Shown in pieces: positions 57,977-64,000 of a stretch of DNA of 64,000 nt. The notes under the pieces are model-generated. The model worked only from the letters and a program-made list of their open reading frames with translations, had not been told where the DNA came from and did no database searches. Both the position numbers and the translations under genes were made by a program. Where the stretch lies: assembly GCA_035549195.1 (NCBI GenBank), contig DASZRK010000002.1, forward strand, positions 231,655 through 295,654, given 5' to 3'. Within the stretch, counting starts at the first letter, position 1, and every line of letters begins with the position of its first letter. The stretch is from a bacterium. GTDB lineage: Bacteria > Oederibacteriota > Muellerivitia > Muellerivitales > Muellerivitaceae.

Positions 57977-58766
57977 GGTCCCCTGGGTCCTTCGATCGTT
58001 TCCCAAGATAGGCCTCGATGACCTTGGGGTCCTTCTGGATCTCCTGCGGGGTTCCCTCCGCGATCTTCACCCCATGGTCCATCACCTGGATCCGCTCGCA
58101 GATGCCCATGACCACCTTCATGTCGTGTTCGATCAGGAGGACGGAAAGGTCGAATTCCTTTCGGACCTTCTGGATGACCCCCATGAGCCAATGGGATTCC
58201 TGGGGATTGAGCCCCGCCGCCGGCTCGTCCAACAACAGCACCTGGGCGCCGGTGGCCAGGGCCCGGGCGATCTCCAGTTTCTTCTGGTCCCCATAGGGAA
58301 GCGCCCCCGCCAGCGTGTCCTTGCGGCCCGTCAATTCCAGCACCTCCATCAGGCGTTGGGTCTCCTCGCCAAAGACCTTCTCCACTTGGCGGAACCGGGG
58401 GCTTTGGGCCAGGACCGCCCCGATGCCATAGGGCCTGGAATGGTGGAAGGCCACCTGGATGTTGGTCTCGACCGTTAGGTCCTTGAAGAGGCGGATGTTC
58501 TGGAAGGTGCGCACGAGCCCTTGGCGGGTGATCTCATTGGGCCGGAGCCCCAGGATGGACCGGCCCAATAGCCGCACATCGCCTCGTTGGGGCCGGTAGA
58601 TGCCGGAAAGGATGTTGAAGACCGTGGTCTTGCCCGCGCCATTGGGGCCGATCAACCCGGCCATTTCCCCTTCCCGCAAGGTGAAAGAAAGATCGTCCAC
58701 CGCCACCAACCCCCCGAAGGAAAGGGTGACGTTCTCGACCTCCAATACGTTCTTAGACAGGTTCAA
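57969..58766 (-). CDS. livG: Branched-chain amino-acid ABC transporter ATP-binding protein LivG
   Basis: GPNGAGKTT, LPYGDQKKLEIARALA, LLLDEPAAGL; overlaps livF by 8 nt. Confidence 0.85.
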   Translation of the reverse strand: MNLSKNVLEVENVTLSFGGLVAVDDLSFTLREGEMAGLIGPNGAGKTTVFNILSGIYRPQRGDVRLLGRSILGLRPNEITRQGLVRTFQNIRLFKDLTVETNIQVAFHHSRPYGIGAVLAQSPRFRQVEKVFGEETQRLMEVLELTGRKDTLAGALPYGDQKKLEIARALATGAQVLLLDEPAAGLNPQESHWLMGVIQKVRKEFDLSVLLIEHDMKVVMGICERIQVMDHGVKIAEGTPQEIQKDPKVIEAYLGKRSKDPGDHA

Positions 58767-58853
58767 AGGGGGCTCCGACGGATCTTCGTTCGGGCCAGTT
58801 TAGCCAATCTCATCCGGGTTTTTTATTCAAAATCCAGGATCAAGGACCCATAA

Positions 58854-59528
58854 TTGCGGGCCATGGACCTTCTCATCTTCGATTTCGACGGCCTCATCCT
58901 CGACACCGAGAGCGCCGATTTCCAGGCGACCTCGGAACTCTATGCCTCCCACGGCGTGGAACTGCCGCTGGAACTTTGGGCCCGGAACGTCGGCACCCAG
59001 AACGGCCACTTCGACGTCTATGGCTACTTGGAGGAGCGATCGGGCAAGGCCCTGGACCACGCCAAGGTGCGGCAGGAGCGCCACCGGCGCGTGCTGGAGC
59101 TGTTGGAACCCATGCCGCCCCGCCCCGGCGTGGTGGAGTATTTTGAGGAGGCCCGCCGCCAGAAGATCACCCTGGCCCTGGCCTCCAGCTCGCCCCAGGA
59201 CTGGGTGATGGGCCACCTGGCGCGGCTGGACCTTTCCCATTGGTTCCATTCTATCCGTACCGCCAACGACGTCGAGAATGTCAAACCCCACCCGGAACTT
59301 TATGAGTTGACGCTCATGTTCATGGGGGTCCGCCCCGAACGGGCCATGGCCTTCGAGGACTCCCCCAACGGCATCGCCGCCGCCCGGGCGGCGGGGGTCT
59401 ATTGCGTGGCGGTGCCCAATTCGGTCACCCGGAACCTCCCCCTCGACCACGCCAACCACCGGATCGAATCCATGGCGGAAGTGAGCCTACGGGAGCTTCT
59501 CTACCAGAAACAGCTTGGGAAAATATAA
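58854..59528 (+). CDS. HAD-superfamily hydrolase (beta-phosphoglucomutase/phosphatase-like)
   Basis: LLIFDFDGLILDTE (DxD motif I), motif II S/T, and the C-terminal FEDSPNGIAAARAAG. Confidence 0.8.
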   Translation: MRAMDLLIFDFDGLILDTESADFQATSELYASHGVELPLELWARNVGTQNGHFDVYGYLEERSGKALDHAKVRQERHRRVLELLEPMPPRPGVVEYFEEARRQKITLALASSSPQDWVMGHLARLDLSHWFHSIRTANDVENVKPHPELYELTLMFMGVRPERAMAFEDSPNGIAAARAAGVYCVAVPNSVTRNLPLDHANHRIESMAEVSLRELLYQKQLGKI

Positions 59529-59580
59529 TTCTTAATTTTTGATTCTTAATTCAACATTCAGAATTCAAAATTATCTTTCT
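59526..59580 (+). promoter_or_regulatory. AT-rich element related to the 33.9/35.3 kb spacer motif, in a convergent intergenic gap
   Basis: AATATAATTCTTAATTTTTGATTCTTAATTCAACATTCAGAATTCAAAATTATC; overlaps the stop of the minus-strand methyltransferase gene. Confidence 0.35.
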
Positions 59581-60215
59581 GCCAGCAGGACATGGGTCAT
59601 GCCCCAGGGTTGGGGAAAGTCCAGCGTCTTCACCAAGGGCAACAGGAACGCGGGCGTCTTATTGGGCACCGTCCAACCGTGGGCGAAGGCCCGGGTCACC
59701 CTCAGGCCGTTCCTTTCCATCCGTTCCTTCAAATAGCCCAGGGAGAACTTCAGGGCCCGCCGCTCTTCCGGCACCAGGGCCGAGAAGAGGAACATGAGGG
59801 GATTGTTCCGGTTCGGTTCCATCACCACCACATAGCGCCGGGAGACCCGCCGCATCTCTTTTAAGACCCGGTCCATATCCTCCACGTGATGCAGTAAGGC
59901 GTGGCAAAAGACCAGGTCAAAAGCCATATCTTGGAAGGCGAGCCTTTCGGCTCCCATGAGGAATCTCCAGGGCAAGGGATTCATCCCCAACATCTTTCGT
60001 GAGAAATCAACGCCCACTGTCGGGGCCATCTCGTTCAAGCGGACCGAGAAATAACCGTTCCCGCAACCCAGGTCCAGGATGCGGCTTCCCGGACCCAGGG
60101 ATAGGTCCTTGCGCAGGGGCTCGAGCTTGGACAAGGCATAGTGCCGCACCACCGGGTGGTCGGGGCTGCGCCGGTCCTTCAGGTCTTCCCTTTCCCAATA
60201 ATCCTTTTGGAACAA
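59571..60215 (-). CDS. Class I SAM-dependent methyltransferase
   Basis: ILDLGCGNGYF (motif I), FDLVFCHALLHHV. Probable TTG start near 60215; the longer track ORF to 60569 has a Gly/Pro-rich spurious N-extension that would overlap the upstream gene. Confidence 0.65.
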   Translation of the reverse strand: MFQKDYWEREDLKDRRSPDHPVVRHYALSKLEPLRKDLSLGPGSRILDLGCGNGYFSVRLNEMAPTVGVDFSRKMLGMNPLPWRFLMGAERLAFQDMAFDLVFCHALLHHVEDMDRVLKEMRRVSRRYVVVMEPNRNNPLMFLFSALVPEERRALKFSLGYLKERMERNGLRVTRAFAHGWTVPNKTPAFLLPLVKTLDFPQPWGMTHVLLAER

Positions 60216-60226
60216 ATCGACCGTCC

Positions 60227-61909
60227 TTAACGCGGGATGGAATAGAACGGCGTATAGCCCCGGTATTCTAGGAAAGGGGCTGAGACCCAAAACTTGGCCT
60301 TGGGGTCCGCCTTTTCCTGTCCCGGTACCTCGAAATAATACCAAGCGTCCCCGATGCGGCCGTCGGGCTTGCGGTCCGCGAGCCAGCCTTCGGCGATGGG
60401 TTTCACCGAGGGGTAGGACAAAGGGCCCAATTGAAGGAAGGACGCGTTCACCAGGTAGACCCGTCCCGGTTGGGGTCCCTTCAGGTCGTCCGAATCCCAG
60501 GGCACCCAATCCAACCCATAGACCTTCGGGTCCACCCCGCCCAGATAGGCCAGGCGGACCTTGCCCCACCCCTTCCGCTCGGCGAAATGACCCAACCGTT
60601 TCAGGTCCTGCCCCCAGTCCAGGTTCGAATCCGCCAGGTAATGGATCCTCTTCTCGACCGGCACCATCTCATTGAAATAGCCCAGTGAGGTCCCGGGAAA
60701 TCCCAGGACGCTGACCACCAGCCAAAATCCCAGGACCGCCACAAGGGCCTTGGAAAAGTGGAGGGACAAACGTCCGAAGCGATCGGCCCAGGCCCAGGCC
60801 ACTCCTTCGCCGGCGATCAGGAACAGAAGGGGAAAGATGGGCAGAAGATAGCGGACCCCCAGATTGGGCGAGGGGATGAGCATCGCATTGAAGAACAGGA
60901 CCGGGACCCAGGTCCAGGCCGGGAGCGAGATCCTGCCTCGCAGTCCAAAGAACGTCCCGGCCCCGAGGAACAAAAGGAAAGGGATCGGCTCCTTCAACAG
61001 GAAGGCGACCGGAAGGTAGTACCAATGGTCCTCGAAGGAGGCCTTCCCGAACAGGAAGACGGGAAGGGACCTTTTCCCGTAAAGGAAGGTTTCCTTGATC
61101 TTCAGGAAAAGGTAATAGAAAGGTTGGTGATGCGCTGGTTCCGCCAAGGTGGCCGGAAGGAAGACCAGGAAGGTGACCGCCAGGATGCTTCCGGCCAAGA
61201 TGATCCAACGGGGCCGGACCACCCTACGGACCTCGGCCCACCGCAGGAGGTTCTCCTTCTCCCGCAGGAAAAGCGCCTCCAACACCGCGTAGATGGGGAA
61301 AAGGACCAGGCAATAGAGCTTGGCGTTCACGGCCAGGGCGGTCACGAAACCCGCCAGGCACATCCGCCCCAGGGTCGGCCTCCGTTGGGCCGCTTGGAAC
61401 AGCATCAGCGCCAGGAAGAAGAACAGGGCCGGGGCGATCTCGTTCTTCGCCAGGGCGCTCATGGCGGAGAAGACCGGGTCCAGCGCCCAGAAGAGCAAGG
61501 CTCCGAAACAGGCCACGGGCCGTCGCCAGGTCACCCCCCAGAGAAAAAGCCCCGCGATCACCCCGAGGATCACGCTCACCAACCGGGGCCAAAGGGTAAG
61601 GGGTCCCAAACGGTCGGGGTTCCACTCGAAAAAGAAACGGTGTCCCCTGTCGATGAAATCCGACGCGTCAGTGCCCGACTTGAGCCCCATCCCGAGCAGA
61701 GGCAAGGCTTGGAGGGCGGTCCCCAGGGGCGGGTGGTTCGGGTTGTTCACCACGTCGCCCCGGGTCCAATAATAATATCCGTTGGCCACGTCGCTCGGTT
61801 CGTCGTTGGTCAATGACTGGGAGCGGACCTGGGCCAGGGTCCGCAAGGAGAACAAGAGGGCGAAAGGCAGGAAAAGGACCAGGAAGGATCTCAGGAAGGG
61901 GTTTCGCAC
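60227..61909 (-). CDS. GT-C-fold glycosyltransferase, PMT_2/ArnT-like (dolichyl- or undecaprenyl-phosphate-sugar dependent)
   Basis: About 12 TM segments; first periplasmic loop DEPSDVANGYYYWTRGD..NPNHPPLG (acidic motif + HPPL); a C-terminal ~170-aa soluble domain. Confidence 0.7.
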   Translation of the reverse strand: MRNPFLRSFLVLFLPFALLFSLRTLAQVRSQSLTNDEPSDVANGYYYWTRGDVVNNPNHPPLGTALQALPLLGMGLKSGTDASDFIDRGHRFFFEWNPDRLGPLTLWPRLVSVILGVIAGLFLWGVTWRRPVACFGALLFWALDPVFSAMSALAKNEIAPALFFFLALMLFQAAQRRPTLGRMCLAGFVTALAVNAKLYCLVLFPIYAVLEALFLREKENLLRWAEVRRVVRPRWIILAGSILAVTFLVFLPATLAEPAHHQPFYYLFLKIKETFLYGKRSLPVFLFGKASFEDHWYYLPVAFLLKEPIPFLLFLGAGTFFGLRGRISLPAWTWVPVLFFNAMLIPSPNLGVRYLLPIFPLLFLIAGEGVAWAWADRFGRLSLHFSKALVAVLGFWLVVSVLGFPGTSLGYFNEMVPVEKRIHYLADSNLDWGQDLKRLGHFAERKGWGKVRLAYLGGVDPKVYGLDWVPWDSDDLKGPQPGRVYLVNASFLQLGPLSYPSVKPIAEGWLADRKPDGRIGDAWYYFEVPGQEKADPKAKFWVSAPFLEYRGYTPFYSIPR

Positions 61910-62000
61910 TCCGCCAGTTTAAGGGTCCCTCCCTCAAAAAAAAAGGCGCGGAACCCGGGGTGGACCGCCGGATATCGCGCCTATTTTCCGGAGAGAAAGA

Positions 62001-62426
62001 TCAGATCAATGAATTGAAGGAGCTTCCCGTGCTGCCAAAGCTCGCCAGGCTCTGGTTGAACTGGGACTGCAGGGTGAAGGCCATCTGCTGCTGGGCGGTG
62101 ATGGCCTGACCCACGTTGGAATCGGAGCCCAACAAGCGTTGGACATCGGCGGCCCAGGACGGCAAACCAAAGATCGAACCCAGGTCGGAGGACCCCAAGC
62201 CCATCAGGCCCGCCAGGGAGGAACTCCCGTTGCCCAGGTTGTTCAGGTCGGTCAGAACGCCATATTCGGCCTGGAGCCACGCCACCTTCGCCTTGTCCGC
62301 GGGGGTCTTGGCCTGGTCCATGGCTTGGCTGAAGGCATTCCCGAAGGCCAGCGCATTGCCGCCCAAGGCCTGGAAAACCGCGTCGTTGGTCGGGATGATC
62401 GAATTGTTCTGCAAGGATGAGATCAT
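62001..62426 (-). CDS. Hypothetical Gly/Ser/Gln/Ala-rich small protein, no signal peptide
   Basis: 141 aa, MISSLQNNSIIPTNDAVFQALGGNALAFGNAFSQA...QQQMAFTLQSQFNQSLASFGSTGSSFNSLI. Low complexity but with coding-like codon bias; no family recognised. Confidence 0.4.
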   Translation of the reverse strand: MISSLQNNSIIPTNDAVFQALGGNALAFGNAFSQAMDQAKTPADKAKVAWLQAEYGVLTDLNNLGNGSSSLAGLMGLGSSDLGSIFGLPSWAADVQRLLGSDSNVGQAITAQQQMAFTLQSQFNQSLASFGSTGSSFNSLI

Positions 62427-62489
62427 GGTTTCTCCTTATGTCCCCTTTCCTAACGGCCGTTCGGGGCGGACCTGAAGCCGGAAAAAAAC

Positions 62490-64000
62490 CTAAAAATCAG
62501 CCTCGATCCCCAGGTAAGGCAGGAGCGGCAATTGGAGGATGGGCTTGGGGGCTCCGATATATTGATATTGGGCCCCATAGTCATAGGCCAGGACGTTGGG
62601 ATGGTCGTAGGCGTTCAGGACCTCCAGGGTGACCTTCCAGGACCAGGTGTCATAGGTCGTAGTCCAGGAGCTGGAGAGGTCCAGACGGTGGTAATCGGGC
62701 AGGCGCCGGGAATTGACCGCCCCAAAGACCGGAAGGAACCGACTATTGGCGTTGTCGTAGGTGGTCCCCACGATGGGGGTATCGGGCAGCCCGGACGAAT
62801 AGCGCCATTTCAAACCCAGGTCCCAGCCCCGATCCAGTTGGTGACCCACCACCAAGGTAAAGATATTGGGCTGGTCGTAGTCATAGACATGGGTCTCACC
62901 GGGAGCGTTGTGACGGGTGGAACGGCTCAAGGCGTAGGAAGCCCATCCGAAGAACCCTTCGGTGGGAGCCCGTCGAAGGAACAGCTCCAACCCTTCGGAT
63001 TCCCCCGTGCCCAGGTTGCTGTAATGGAGCACCGGGTCGCCCACCACCACGTCGAAAAGGTCCTTGCGGTAACCTTCCAGGCGCGCCGACCATCCTTCGC
63101 CCAGGTCCTTCTCCAACCCCAGGACCCAGGCGATGGAACGTTCCGAACGTAAGCCGGGGTTCCCGAAATCTTTGTCCAAATAGGGCCCTTGGTAAGGCAA
63201 TTGGAAATAATATCCATAGGAGCCCTTCAGGATCGTCCCAGGGGCGATGGGATAGGATGCCGAAAGACGGGGCCCCCAGGTGAAATGGCCGTTCAAGTCC
63301 AGTTGGTCGGCCCGCAGGCCCGCGGCCACCTCCAGTTTCCGGTCGAACCACCGGAACCTCTGTTCCGCATAGGCCCCGAAATTGGTCCAAAGGGTTGTGC
63401 TGTCGGCCGTGATCCGGGCGGCGCCGGTCACGTCGAACCCTGGCTGACCCTCGCCCGGGATGGCCACGAAATAGGAGTGGTCGCCGGTGAGGGTGTGGTC
63501 CACTTCCAGTCCCATCTCCAGGGAATCCCCCGACCCGAGATCCCGGGTCCAGCTGAAGCGTCCACCCCAATCCTCGTAACCGATGTCCAGGTGCAGATCC
63601 GCTCCCAAATGGGTCTCGAAGGAAAAGTTCGTGTGGTACAGGGTGGCCCAAAGGAGGTCGTCCGGTCCCGTTTTATGCCGGAGGTTCAACCCCTGACTGT
63701 CAAAGGCGTTGTGGAACTCGAAGGTCCCGGCCAGGGCCGGGTCCTGTTGGGCCGCCTCGGAGGCCGGGTCGATGGTCAACCCGATGCGATCGTCGCTGCC
63801 GAAGGCTTGCAGGTCGAAATGGGTCCCCGGGGAAGGGTCCCAGGTGTATTGGGCCTGGTAATCCCCGAAGGTGGGGATGGCGGTCAGGGCGGACCCGGCG
63901 AAAACCCCGCCGAAAAGCTCCAGGTAACTCCGCCGGCCCGAGACCGCCAACGAGCTGTCCCGGGTCACGGGTCCCTCGACCAACCCTTCGGAGAGCAGCA
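62490..64000 (-). CDS. TonB-dependent receptor / outer-membrane beta-barrel (C-terminal part; N-terminus beyond window end)
   Basis: Barrel-region motifs ...LEVLNAYDHPNVLAYDY... and C-terminal ...LLPYLGIEADF (terminal Phe). The reading frame stays open to position 64000. Confidence 0.7.
   Translation of the reverse strand, partial: LLSEGLVEGPVTRDSSLAVSGRRSYLELFGGVFAGSALTAIPTFGDYQAQYTWDPSPGTHFDLQAFGSDDRIGLTIDPASEAAQQDPALAGTFEFHNAFDSQGLNLRHKTGPDDLLWATLYHTNFSFETHLGADLHLDIGYEDWGGRFSWTRDLGSGDSLEMGLEVDHTLTGDHSYFVAIPGEGQPGFDVTGAARITADSTTLWTNFGAYAEQRFRWFDRKLEVAAGLRADQLDLNGHFTWGPRLSASYPIAPGTILKGSYGYYFQLPYQGPYLDKDFGNPGLRSERSIAWVLGLEKDLGEGWSARLEGYRKDLFDVVVGDPVLHYSNLGTGESEGLELFLRRAPTEGFFGWASYALSRSTRHNAPGETHVYDYDQPNIFTLVVGHQLDRGWDLGLKWRYSSGLPDTPIVGTTYDNANSRFLPVFGAVNSRRLPDYHRLDLSSSWTTTYDTWSWKVTLEVLNAYDHPNVLAYDYGAQYQYIGAPKPILQLPLLPYLGIEADF

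Noticed and set aside
59571-60569. Full 332-aa track ORF for the methyltransferase
   Set aside because: The N-terminal ~115 residues are Gly/Pro/Arg-rich and would overlap the upstream GT-C gene's 3' end. The conserved methyltransferase fold starts near VDLFQKDYW, with a TTG/RBS at ~60215.
1-64000. CRISPR arrays, rRNA, tRNA, integrases/transposases
   Set aside because: No direct-repeat/spacer periodicity, no rRNA-like conserved stretches, no obvious tRNA cloverleaf regions noticed, and no transposase or integrase ORFs. The tandem repeats present are paralogous genes and low-complexity linkers, not CRISPR.

Overview
High-GC (~65%) window, apparently from a Gram-negative (diderm) bacterium. 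Many products here end in a T9SS-type (Por_Secre_tail / FlgD-Ig-like) C-terminal sorting domain and carry long Thr/Pro/Ser-rich linkers. Most genes have strong Shine-Dalgarno sequences. No T9SS machinery genes, rRNA, tRNA or CRISPR were seen.

The left ~29 kb is an accessory-looking secretome island:
- Five co-directional multi-modular cellulolytic proteins: an expansin-like protein (partial), a GH9-CBM-beta-helix giant, a GH8, a GH5 and a GH8-malectin. Each has a signal peptide, long linkers and a CTD ending in K[IL]L[IV]LR.
- An SDR, two tandem S53 sedolisin peptidases with the same CTD, an AT-rich NHL-repeat protein gene of anomalous composition, an NmrA-like reductase and a DUF11-repeat CTD cargo protein.
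- A STAND NTPase with a degenerate class-III cyclase-like N-domain and TPR repeats.
- A tandem triplication of an uncharacterised polytopic membrane protein, suspected GT-C fold, immediately upstream of a secreted GH44.

The right half is mostly core genome:
- Two translationally coupled SDRs, a LysE exporter, purE, ppc, a Sua5/TsaC-family protein, an orphan receiver, an aldo-keto reductase, an M32 carboxypeptidase and the ResB/CcsA System II cytochrome c biogenesis pair.
- A tandem array of four paralogous small TPR proteins; three are TPR + C-terminal OM beta-barrel proteins with a terminal Phe beta-signal, the fourth is TPR-only.
- A livGF ATPase pair with no partner genes.
- A PMT_2-type GT-C glycosyltransferase next to a SAM methyltransferase, and a partial TonB-dependent receptor.

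The most interesting candidates are the T9SS-type cellulase/peptidase cargo island with module shuffling; the triplicated membrane-protein + GH44 module, possibly tied to linker glycosylation; the TPR-barrel OMP array; and the cyclase-like STAND protein. The many GR- or VGV-rich plus-strand ORFs in the track are antisense artefacts of the linkers and high GC.
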